Part shown: positions 1 through 11,403 of the stretch, in pieces
Numbering within the stretch: the first letter of the stretch is position 1
Layout of the letters: the number at the start of each line of letters is the position of its first letter
From: Trichoplax adhaerens
Lineage: Eukaryota > Animalia > Placozoa
Assembly: GCF_000150275.1 (NCBI RefSeq)
Contig: NW_002060945.1
Coordinates: forward strand, 8,324,011 to 8,388,010
DNA: 64,000 nt
Direction: 5' to 3'
Notes under the pieces: generated by a model
Databases searched by the model: none
Seen by the model: only the letters and a program-made list of their open reading frames with translations
Told to the model about the DNA's origin: nothing
Translations under genes and position numbers: made by a program

Positions 1-74
1 ATTAGCACATACTTTAACTTGGCAATTGATTAACTGAATGTTTAAGGGTTGCTATCAGTTATTTTCACCATTCT

Positions 75-360
75 ATGTCTTATTTAGAATTTTATCTAGC
101 AGGTACTCTAGACTTATAAATAGATGCAAGTATCTATTTAAGATAAGGGACCTAGTTACGCTACGCCACAAAGTAATACAAATAATATAAATTGTAATCT
201 CTAAGCAGGCTAGAATTCATGCATATGTTATTTTTACGATTATTTTGTCTTATTTAGAATTTTAGCAAACAGCTACTCTAGACTACTGTATAGATGCGAG
301 TATCTATTTAGGGTAGGTAACCTAGGTATACTACTCTATAAAGTAATACAAATAATGTAA
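75..360. repeat. Degenerate intronic tandem duplication (~115 bp aligned, period ~170 bp)
   Basis: gtcttatttagaatttta..tactctagact..tagatgcRagtatctattta..cctag..aaagtaatacaaataat occurs at ~77-190 and again at ~247-360. Confidence 0.75.
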
Positions 361-515
361 ACTTTAACTTTTGAATTTAGAATTGATTGAATTGTTCTAG
401 AATTGTATCTAGAATTGTATCTAGAATCGCAACACTGTGTAGATAATCAATAATAAACTCTACATTATTATAAACTTGGAATCTTTCAGTCATATACATT
501 TAGTTTATTACTTAC

Positions 516-2602
516 TATTTCTTGTAGCTCTGAGATATGGTGGATCGTAGCAATCCGAGTCCAATTAAATCGTCGCAACATGGCTATTCGAATAGGATTA
601 AGAGTTACGTCGGTTGTTTCAGTCGTAAAGAAATAAGGATAGATATCTCTGTTAATTAGAGCAGCAGAGCTCACTCCACTGGTTACCTAACATGAATTAA
701 TAGGTTTTACAGTAAATGACTTGCGTTTATTTCGTTAATTTTCTCTAAAATTGATTATTATCTGTTTTCTTTCATGACATATGCATATTAGGGTAGAATA
801 TCTCTATCTTTAATATCTTATTTAGACTAGATAAGAATTACAAGACTCTTATGTATTTTTTATTTCGTACATTTAATGTTTGTAGATGGAGAGAAGAATA
901 AACAGCAATAATGTAATAAGATAATTTGGAGCAATTCTAGACAGTCTTAATAACGATTATCATGATTCTACACTTAATACAGTCTAAGTATATTATTATC
1001 TTTACCGTGACTAGATTCCAATATTTAGTCAATGAAGCTACCGGTCTAGAGCCAACCGTAGTCAGTGGTCCAAAAGTAGCAATTTTAATGGGCGGATTAT
1101 TGATAGCATCTATGAAACTTTTAGTTGCAACCCAAGGTTTATACTAGAAGCAAGAAATAATACAAATTAGTTTATAGAATATAGGCGTTATACCATTAGA
1201 GATTTTGTATAGAGTAATATAACATTAGTCCGATAGGAATTATAACTTATCAAGTAACGACATATTTGATACGGGTCATTATTTCTATCGTAATCTCACA
1301 TCATTTCGATTTTTATAGTCATCTAATGTTTACGCGTATACAATGTTTAGTATAATGTACGATAGCGTAACTTCTATATTTATCCTAAGATATATTTGAT
1401 AGCCATAATTATAGACTGTAGTGGTATAGACTCTATGCTAGAGTACAGATGACTATATACAGTAAGTTGTTGAGTTACTAATAAGGTTATAGGTAAAAAT
1501 AGAACTGTAAATCATATATTAGGATATGGTTAATTCATTGTACTTTGGCTAGTGTGAATAATGTCTATGTAAATACTGTAGTCGTATCCATATCGGATTA
1601 ATGATGGTCCGCAGTAGAATAGTGTTACTAAGAATAATTTAGCTGTGTATAAAATAAGGTAAAAGGTTGCCGTGCAGATTATAGCTGCGAACGCTACGAA
1701 AGGTATAAAAGCATGCAACTTTAGACTATTCTGTTAGTTCGTTCTAGAAGTCTTTAGTAGTAGTATTCGGCTACAGTAGAGCTATGTGTAGTTAATCGTT
1801 GTATAAGATTCAATAAAGCCCTTATTTTTCTAAAATTTGAAATTTCGTGATCGGTATATATCACACGTGTGAATTTACAATTCGTCATTAATCCCAGCTT
1901 CCTTTCATTATTTTACTCTATCTATTTTCGGGATAATTTCTAACCAAAGAGGCAAATTGCAGCTTATAGAATAAGCGTTTACATTATTTTTATAACCAAT
2001 CCTCAAAATACAGGATAAACTAGATGTAATAGCCTCACTACTACTACGTTAGGTTCGTAGTTTAATGATCTTAGGGTCTTAGACCGACAGAGTGAATACC
2101 GTACGTAACTGTTTCATCATCAGATACGGCCCACTAACAAACATAATTTATTCTAAGCAAACTATTACACTAGGATATTTTAATTTTTAGTCTAATGTGT
2201 GAATAGATATCTAATGTGTGAATAGTTATCTTTTGATAAATCTACCTAGAATTACCATAAGATATGGATAGTAATTCTTATAATCTAGAGTATATCGTAT
2301 GAATTTCATGGAAATCATCAGAATTTTCGACAACATTATTTTTACTCTACCTCCGTATTCCAGAACTCCATTGTTAGATTGTAGTCAGGTAAAATATCTG
2401 GTCTTGCGTTAATATCCTTAATAGCTAACTGCCCGGCTGGTAAGGTGATTTTTCCAATGAAAGATACTGTACCCCCTGAAAGCGGCTGAAAACCGGCAAT
2501 GGTTAAGGTTTTCCATTTCTTTCCCTCAATTATTGGTGAAGCGATCCAAATTAAGAATAACGATATTGCTAATGGAGATAATTTCTTTCCTTTAATGATC
2601 AT
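516..2602 (-). CDS. GABA-B-receptor-like class C GPCR, first three coding exons (signal peptide + start of Venus flytrap domain); gene continues off the left edge
   Basis: Exons 2602-2351, 1143-1006 and 686-516, all GT-AG and phase 0. Translation: MIIKGKKLSPLAISLFLIWIASP..AGFQPLSGG..AGQLAIKDINARPDILPDYNLTMEFWNTE|YKPWVATKSFIDAINNPPIKIATFGP..KYWNLVT|VTSGVSSAALINRDIYPYFF..NPIRIAMLRRFNWTRIATIH. This follows the GABA-B ANF-receptor pattern (A..DVN.R.DILP.Y.L; WNL; L..R..FP.FFR; NP.R......W.RIATI). Confidence 0.88.
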
Positions 2603-5600
2603 AACTTTAACACTTTAATTGCAAACTATCGTAGTTTTCAACAACAAAAAGAAAATACGACGAACATAGCAAAATATATCTTCAATGGAATGATTTGTAT
2701 GAATTTTTTAGGATAAAGTTGGATATTTGCCATCTAAATAAAAAATTCATTGAGATCTATATTTTCCTATTTTCAATCAATACTTTATGCACTTATTATT
2801 GCTATCAATAAACGTAATTTTAAATAATAGAACAAATTTTTACATATAAATTAAATATTAAGAACTACTAAAAAATTACTTTAATTGAATATTATTGATG
2901 CAAATTACATACTGAAGCTATCGTTTCATGTTTTACTGATCAATCCTTGTCGGAATAGGAATAATAAACTATTCTGTTCATTTTCAGCTGTTACAAGCTA
3001 TGCAATGTGATAGTTTTTAAGCACGTGAACTTAATTTAGTGGAAACAGTTTCCTTTCGTAACAAGTTTTTATGCAGCCAAGCTAGATAGTGACATCTATA
3101 CAAAATTGAGCGCTAAACAATAATTCTCTATTTATCTTTCAGTCTACGGCTATCTTGATCCATATTGAATCCGAAATGCATAATACATTATTATAATTTT
3201 TTCCTAGTTAAAGATATCATTTTAAGTATATTGACTTTTCCTAGTCTTATACTGGTTTCTTTGAGGAAAAGCTACTTCTTCAAATAATACTTTAGTGTGC
3301 CGATTGCCTCTGGCTAAAGTAAGCTTTATACGGAAAATCCAGCTGGAGAATGACTACTTATTGTCATGATTAAGACAACCACAAGGTAATATATTGAAAT
3401 TGAGACCTACTTTCAGCCATGAAATTAGTTATTCTTATTTGGATTAAGTTTATTAATCAATCGATCGACTTTAAATTAATGCAGCAACTTAACAAATAGC
3501 TTTTTCTTCATTTAGTTAAAGTGAAATTGTAAGTTTATCAAGTAGTATAGCATTCCATCTCATTGTGAAGAGATAGCTTAAATCATAAATTGAAACTAAC
3601 TTTAAACTTGATGTAACTAGCCATTTTTGCATTGCCATCAAAAACTATATCTGCTAATGATTTATTATGATGGTTAGCTGCATAATTAATTACTAATTTT
3701 TCGATCGATAAAGATGGCATTATTGCTACCAAAAAACATATCTGCCTATGGTATATTATATTATTTAGCTGCAAAAAACAATTTATGTAGCGTTACTTGA
3801 ACATTTCTCATTTGATGGAGGCGCATATTAATAGATATTGTGAATTCTTAATCTTTCGATTGATAAAACAGACATTGTTGTATTGTATGAGACTACTTTG
3901 AAAAATTAAATTAATAATTGAGATAATATCGCAACTATTTTATATCTACGTTATATTAATACATACTATCACAGAACACCCATTCCTGTAAATTATTGAT
4001 GTCTTTAATAGTTTAATGCTTGACTCCGCATCACTAAACGTATTAGCAATAGCAGATATTTTGAATGCGGTATTGTTGTCTAGCAGCAATAGTAGAGTAT
4101 CGAAAAAATATATTTGCAAAGACAAGAAACGAGATAGCTTCCACTTTATTAGCAATTCATTTGAAATAAAACATTATTTTATTTCAATTGCGTTATTCTT
4201 GATGGATTATAGATTTAAAATCTACATTGTTCCATAATTTAGATAATATTAAAAAATTTTTTGTGCTGGTACATAAGCGAGTTATACAATGATCTGTGTA
4301 AATGAAAATAGCGACTATCCCTTCGTCTGCATCTAATTGGTTCTAATTTTAAAACGTTATCGTTGCTTAGCATTCTGCTACCTATCAACCATTTCATAGT
4401 TTTATTTTTTAAAATCAGGTTTTTAAGATTATGCTTTATTTCACTTACTCTGTATCTATCATCATTATGAAATTATTCTTTACTACAATCTCGTCCGTTC
4501 ATAATTGCTAAGGGCTCTTTGCTTATAATCCTTAATTCACCGATTAGTACCGTATTATACTACAAATATTGATTGCCCAAGCCTATCAAATTTTGATATA
4601 TTTAGAGAATAATTTAAATTTTTAATATGCGAAAGTTTTCATATACGTATCAAATCTATAGTTTAATATCGTACAAGTGCCTATAAAAATTTTAGATAAA
4701 AAAATAGACCCACGTTAAGAAATATTAAATAAAACTGAAAGTACACAAAAATGGTGCTTGCAGAAGTAAATTGCGCGATTCGTATATTTAACAACTATTA
4801 GAACGATCTTAATGCTATCGATTATCAAAGCCTTAATTTACAATATTAGTTAACGAATAGAATATTATTTTTTTCGCCATATTTAAAAATTCAAATTATT
4901 CTCTTTATTAGAAGCTTTAATTATGTCAATAGGCTAGTTAAGGAACATATCCTAAGGGGACGATCGTAATTTTACAACTTTATTTAGTAAATACAATTGA
5001 AAAGGCTAATTAATTCAACCATGTTTAGCTTTAATATTAAATTATGATTATTATGAGTTTGCCAACGTACGGCATATCCAGCTTTCTATAAATGTTTAAA
5101 TAAATAAATAATTATAATACTCTATTACTGAACACATTATTTGGCATTTTAAATGGATGCTCCTTTCTAATTTATTAAGTTTATGCAGTATGTTACTAGC
5201 TAACTTTCCTACTTACTTGCATCGATGTAGAATTCCGGACAATAAATTGTATGTCTCATGCTAGTAAGGTAATTTTGAATTGCAGCTACTCCTGCCGTTT
5301 ATCGAACTCTGTAAATAATCTCCAAAAAAACTACTAAATGTACCTTAAGTACTGTAAGGCTTGTGCTGTTCTTCCATCAACAATTAGTTATGAACCTACT
5401 AGCTATCGCTTTCCAACTCTGTATAACGAGCCGTAATGGTAATACTTTAATTATTTCTTGCTGGACAAATATCGTAATGTACGGTATCGTGTCAATTCAT
5501 GTGACATGAAATTCCATCCTTAACTCAATCTTTAATTCCTCTCGTATACGATGGTTGACTTCTATATTATATGTTTCGTGAAATATAAATATGACTTATA

Positions 5601-6681
5601 ACTTATAATGCTATGCGTAATATTATATAATAGTATTGTTATAGTGATCCAATGATTTTAATTTCTTACAACGATGCTGGCATAGAATTTGAAATCGTGT
5701 TACGAAAGGCATCTGGAAATCTAATTTTTTCTCAGTGGATAATGTCATGATGACAAGCTATATTATAATAATGTTATATTTACAAAGTTGCGCTCGAGCA
5801 AAGTAAAATAGTTTATATAGCATATTACTGCTTATCTAAGTATGGTATTTGGCCGTAGAACTGTGAATATTATCCATATGAGTAGATAGACACGGCTTTT
5901 CTAATGCATGGATAATAATAACTTCATAGTTATAAAATTATGCTAGCATACATTGAAATAGTTTTGTCACGTACACATAATTTTAATTATTTTAGTTTTT
6001 CTTTCTCACTCTCCGTCTATCTAACTGTATTTTCATATAAGTAACATTACAGTAAATCTAGTCGTTTCGTCATGACTTGACATTTATGGAAATTACTTGT
6101 ATACTAATGTAGTAAAATAATTACTGTAGGTAAGCAATAATTCTTTATAACATGCTGAGGCTAAATGAATGATTTCGATCAGCGATATCATAACGATTCC
6201 ATAATGTCCATAGTTGAAGCTGACGCAGAGTAGAAGGCTTATGAGGTCTACACAATTGTTATTTAACGTATATTGCATGCACATTGCACACACTCTTCTC
6301 TTCCTGTGTACAACATCATCTACTTATACAGACTACAACGACTACTATAGTTCAATTTGTTATGGTATAAACTAAATAGCTTCAAAAGCATAATTAATCA
6401 CAATCTAGTACTTTACTCAATATGGAACTTTGACAGGCTATACGAGTTTACGTCTGTGAAAATACGCTAGCATGAATTGAAATAATTTTATGAAATGCGA
6501 ATTATTGTGATTAGTATGGCATGTTCCCTCTTTTTATCACGTTTGCATGCTATATACCATGCGCTGATATATTCATAGTGGTGCAATATAGAAGATTTAA
6601 CATGATACTAAATTACCTGTGTGTACTTCAAGGCAGCTTCACAGGCTTATTAGACCCAATTTTTATAAATTTAGGTAAGAA

Positions 6682-7863
6682 TGCATAGATTAGTATGCCC
6701 TTTATCCTTATTTACTAGGTCCATACCCTTTTGCTTTTTAAAAATTGACGCTGGAATCATTGGAATAGTTTTGCGAGATCATAAGTGATTGCAAATTAGA
6801 TTGTACAGTATGTTATCTCTCCCTCTACATATGGCTGCATACACAGTACTATTGTGCGGCCATTTCATAATGACCTTACGTTAGTAAAATTAAGTCGGGC
6901 CATTGCTGGGATTACTAACAGTAGTTTTTATTTTACTACTGTTCCGAAGCCAAGCTCCGAAATAATAATTGTTGTGTTACTTAAAATATCGAATATAAAT
7001 TGTTGTTTATTCCAGTAGTTTAATAAACGTTGATGGGTACTTGTTTATTGTCAAGGTTAATATCTAAGTAATTGAATACTAACACCTAAGTGTAAGGTAC
7101 AATTCATGCTGGGCCTTGCGGCTCTAATCGGCACAAAAATTTATTATTGTTAATTAGCGTTGACTTATACTGATTTATGTTTATTTCTTCTATCTAAACT
7201 CCTAAACTATACAGTGTAAGTCGTTATGTCAAAGATATTAACAAATGCACTATCGGTGGAGGCCGTCACTATATAAAGCCGAGCACTAAATTAGCTACTC
7301 TGTTCCATTTAATCATTATTAGATCCACTTGATTATTATTGCTAAGAGTTTTCTAACGTACTTCTTTGTAGATTTTTTCGACGAGGATTTATCTCAATAA
7401 AGTAAAGTCCTTAAACCTATTACCCATTGGCAACTTAACAGTGTAGTCGAGAGTTAGTTCAACTACGATAAGTCTCCTAAGTCAGTTGGGGACACGAGTA
7501 TTCGTGACAATGTTTACGACCTGTTCAAAAAGGCTAAATTGTAACAAGTACAGCCTGGGATTTAAAGAATAATCTTTACGGAAAAAAATATTCTTTTAAT
7601 GAAGCCACAATTTACGTACTGTATGCTATATTCACTTAGCACTGTATAGACTACCGTACAAATATTATACTTTCGTAGGGCAACACTAGATTAGCTTCAG
7701 ATTAATAAACCTAATTGCATAGATTAGTATGCCCTTTATCCTTATTTACTAGGTCCAGACCCTTTTGCTTTTTAAAAATTGCCGCTGGAATCATTGGAAT
7801 AGTTTTGCGAGATCATAAGTGATTGCAAATTAGATTGTACAGTATGTTATCTCTCCCTCTACA
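6682..7863. repeat. Pair of 148-bp near-identical direct repeats (6682-6829 and 7716-7863) with TG...CA ends; possible TRIM/LTR relic
   Basis: The copies differ at 2 positions (ccaTac/ccaGac; ttgAcg/ttgCcg). Both start TGCAT and end CTACA, with an 886-bp spacer. No TSD or PPT seen. Confidence 0.85.
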
Positions 7864-8882
7864 GTATAGATATATATATAAAAGATGAATTTTACTATAA
7901 TAATTTAAGTCTGATTGCATCTAGATAGTTCTTAGTAGTTGTAAGACGAATCTAGTTTATTAATAAAATAAACTTTACAAGAAACTGTAGTTCTTGTTTT
8001 TATTCGTTTGAAGACACTTTATATAACTTTTCTAATACTATGATTATCGTTAGAGGTTACAAATACAGAATATAGTGTTTTCATCGTAAAAATTTCAGTA
8101 ATATTTCAATATTGGCATTAAAATAGCATATATTATGTTCAGCAATAGTGAAATTATTCCATATATTGTAAATGAATAGAATACTGCAAAATAGTCAAAA
8201 CTTCCTTGATCATGTTCAATTTCTTATCGATATAATGCAACAGTAGTAGAAGGCATAAAGATATACAAGAAAATATCTCATTCATCAAAAAATGCGAAAT
8301 TGATATAATAAAGCAAATCAACCATGATTCAACTTTTTTCGTCAATTGGAATAAAAGTCCAATCTTTCCTTTCCCCTCACGATGTGATATGTCAAGAATG
8401 CCCTCCACTATGCACAGCAATTTCGCTGTACTACTTTAGAATATTCCATGATACCATTCGATACAGCACTGACTACGACTATAGCCAGCTATCAATAACA
8501 GTCTAACATACTATATTTGTATTTCTTGATCTTATACTACAGTTGAACTTAACCTTTCTAAGATCTAAGTCCAAAATGCGTACTTATATTTCTTAATCAT
8601 ATAACTGAAGTTGAACTTTAAATCTGACTTTTGCGTGTGTAGAGCTACTAGCAAAAATACTTCACTTCAATGCTCTCTTAATTAATGACTAAAAATTATT
8701 TGTATATTTGTTAACAATGCTTACAGTAGTTACTAAGATTAAATCAGAAATAGAACTAAATCATTTCCGAGAATAGTTTTTACAGCTGTGTAAAAGAAAA
8801 TGAGTTTTGCTATCATTCAGAAATGTTATCAGTGGCGATTCAATGACTTGTTCTATCTTGCCGTCTTCACTTTGCAATTATT

Positions 8883-9998
8883 TCATTTTTTTTTCTTTGC
8901 TGGTCGTGTATCACTTAATGGCCTCTTGGATGCATTTACGTTATCGTTACTGCTAATAATACACGAGAGGTGGTTGTGCTGTATTGGTAGAGAACTTAGT
9001 GCTTCCATCAATTTTGACTTTATTTCAGGGGTAATCTTACAGCATCCTGTTGGAAGTAGGGAATTGCTACGAATTTCTTTCATAAAATCATTTATGCTTT
9101 TCGCCCATTTATGCAACTCTCGCAAATGACTAGTACTTAAACTGGATTCGGAAAATTCAGTTTTATCCTTACTGGCTGCATCCATAATCGGTCGAAAATA
9201 AAACTTCGTATCATCAAAGCCGCTGACAGCATTCATGTAGATGATGTAAATTTTGCTTCTTAAGTCGTTTACAGAACCTTGCACTTCGGTCGCACCAATA
9301 TCATGTTTGAGTCGAATAAATTGCTTTCCTTTTTTAGTTATTAATTTCAGTCGTGATTTTCGGAGTTCTTGCTGATTTTTGAATTCAAGTAATCCTAAAT
9401 CGTTATAATTCAACCAGTAGACAGCCTTCAATAACAACTCCGAATCGTCTGTGCTAATGATGCCTAACTGATGTAAAATCTCATCATCACTTATTTCAGA
9501 CCCAATTGTTCTATCCACTTCTTCCTGGGCAAATTTATTCCAATGGCGCTTCCATTTCCCTAATTCGTCAAGGTCTGCTAGTGTCATAACTTCATCTGAA
9601 TACCTTATAACAGATTCAGATTCTTGACTATTGGTCGATAATAATTTTCGATAAAATGGACCATGATTGGGAATAGCTTGTAAATATTTCTCAAAATAGT
9701 CGACAATGTATTCTATTCCAGTATCATGATGGCCATCGGGGACTCGCTTTTTGGCCGCTGATTGTCCCTTGCGATTCTTGAAGGAGTTAAACTCGACCTG
9801 TTTTCCATATCTTTTCTTGACTATTTTATAGTCTTCTGCTAGAATATTGGCATGATCTTGAGGTTTCTTTCTGTCAAAAATATTCGAATTAAACCAAAAT
9901 ACTGCATTGCGGAGCTGAACTGCGTTAGCGTCACCAATTTCGCCCCTTTCCACTAAGACTGCATCATGAGGTGTTAAAATATCTTGAAACCTGGACAT
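8883..9998 (-). CDS. Nuclear protein with two tandem DUF3504-like (Crypton tyrosine-recombinase-derived, ZMYM/QRICH1-type) domains
   Basis: Uninterrupted 371-aa ORF with an internal duplication: LVERGEIGDANAVQLRNAVFWFNSNIFDRKKPQDH..FEKYLQAIPNHGPFYRK..RYS and LHQLGIISTDDSELLLKAVYWLNYNDLGLLEFKNQ..YIIYMNAV..KFYFRP..EFS. Both resemble the DUF3504 pattern LW..G.LG...P..LL..VFF.N...FGLRG..EH..Y..Y...P...FY.RP..WY. C-terminal bipartite NLS KRPLSDTRPAKKKK. An AG acceptor lies 4 nt upstream of the ATG. Confidence 0.75.
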   Translation of the reverse strand: MSRFQDILTPHDAVLVERGEIGDANAVQLRNAVFWFNSNIFDRKKPQDHANILAEDYKIVKKRYGKQVEFNSFKNRKGQSAAKKRVPDGHHDTGIEYIVDYFEKYLQAIPNHGPFYRKLLSTNSQESESVIRYSDEVMTLADLDELGKWKRHWNKFAQEEVDRTIGSEISDDEILHQLGIISTDDSELLLKAVYWLNYNDLGLLEFKNQQELRKSRLKLITKKGKQFIRLKHDIGATEVQGSVNDLRSKIYIIYMNAVSGFDDTKFYFRPIMDAASKDKTEFSESSLSTSHLRELHKWAKSINDFMKEIRSNSLLPTGCCKITPEIKSKLMEALSSLPIQHNHLSCIISSNDNVNASKRPLSDTRPAKKKK

Positions 9999-10910
9999 TT
10001 TTCTATTTTAATATATAGCACAGTAAGAGTAGATAAAAATATGATTATAAATCTTTCTGCTAATGTTAGGGTTCGGTTAAGGTTTCTGCTTTGAATGTTG
10101 CAGATATTATATATAATTTTTTATCCCAAATTTTATCGGTAGTCAATGCAACGGTTAGTTGATATTGCTAAGCCAATCCATCGGAGAAATTTTTAGCCTG
10201 TCTCTATAGATAGTTAGTTGTGCACGATAACAATATTGAAAGAATCAAGGTTTGCAAAGATAAGTACAGTTAAACCACCACTTCTACTGTACAGTAGTGT
10301 TACACTTAGTATGGGTAGTCTGGTACTGTAATCCCTAATTTATTATGCACAGATGATTGGATGAACTGTTGACATATTCTCCATTAATTAAGAGCTGACA
10401 GTTTGCAGGTTAAATGATAATTTTAACTTAATTGACAGCAGATAGATAAACAGTCCCCAAAATAGCTATCTTTTTGCTCGATGCTATGCAAGTTCATTAA
10501 GGTAATGGTAAAACGGGTATGCCAGAAACTTTGCAAAATCTTGCCCAACAATTTTGAGCTTCTTCTTGGCAAATTGAGGTAAACGATTGACTTGGGATGA
10601 CTAGATCTGCATTTACTGTGTGCAATTTTAAGCTTCCATTTAATGATCGCCGCTTCGTAAGCTGCAGGTGCTAAAATAGAAAGTGCCAAAGTTGGAGCTG
10701 CCAATGCTAGGAGCTGCAGCCTGGCCTGGCCTGTCTGCAGCAGTTCAAGGCTGTGCTGTGTTGACAAATAAGCGACTGGAATGAGCAAGATATTGGTACG
10801 AAAACAGTCTGTCAGAGTCTAGTATAAATCTTGTAATAACTCTGGAGCGATGGTTACAGTATGGTCTGGCCATGATGCTGGCACGTTTCAGCAGATTTAC
10901 TCCCTACACA

Positions 10911-10980
10911 GTACGATACGATACGGTACGGTGCGATACGGTACGGTGCGATACGGTACGGTACGATACGGTACGGTACG
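10911..10980. repeat. Pentanucleotide microsatellite (RTRCG)14
   Basis: gtacg atacg atacg gtacg gtgcg atacg gtacg gtgcg atacg gtacg gtacg atacg gtacg gtacg. Confidence 0.95.
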
Positions 10981-11038
10981 CTAAGCAATGACATCACCGT
11001 GGGCCTCTAGAATCCTCGGGATTTCTAAAAGCCTGAAC

Positions 11039-11172
11039 TAAAAATTTTCCCTTGCACTAAATAATATCCGCTATTTTATAGTATAGGGGAGAAAAATTCA
11101 GTTATAGTTTTGAGGAGAAAAATCTTAGTGGAGTAATTTGCGGATTTCCTTTCAGTAAAGGGAAAATTTTTA
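11039..11172. repeat. Short inverted-repeat element (MITE-like or hairpin)
   Basis: TAAAAATTTTCCCTT (11039-11053) is the perfect reverse complement of AAGGGAAAATTTTTA (11158-11172). Inner atccgc/gcggat also pair. Confidence 0.55.
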
Positions 11173-11403
11173 TGTTGGAGTTACGGCTTTGAGAGGGAAA
11201 TCTTAGTTCGGCACAGTGCAATATCCATGGAATGTACTGTACACTGTACAGCGAGAAGTATGCACTGTAGTAGATACAATCTCGTCATGGCCGTCCGGAC
11301 GGCCGATTACCATTCAGTGAATTCACTGACTAAAAGAAGACATCTTTTCCATGCCTTCTTCTCAGATATTCACCCTTTAATCCGGTCAAATTCTTGTTCA
11401 ATC

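Larger units (their letters stand above)
9999..11403. promoter_or_regulatory. Putative bidirectional promoter / 5'UTR region between the DUF3504-like gene (-) and ERCC3 (+)
   Basis: Head-to-head gene arrangement, with locally higher GC at 10600-11000; inferred from position. Confidence 0.5.

Noticed and set aside
7200-7545. Exon-like fragments (DINKCTIGG; IRDNVYDLFKKAK)
   Set aside because: Too short, interrupted by stops, and cannot be joined into a credible gene
8800-9129. 109-aa plus-strand ORF
   Set aside because: Antisense shadow of the DUF3504-like ORF
8883-9998. Active Crypton/tyrosine-recombinase transposon
   Set aside because: Catalytic R, HxxR and Y motifs not found and no element ends seen; treated as domesticated or dead
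10423-10788. 121-aa minus-strand ORF in the promoter region
   Set aside because: Non-ATG start and no recognisable domain; probably UTR or promoter sequence
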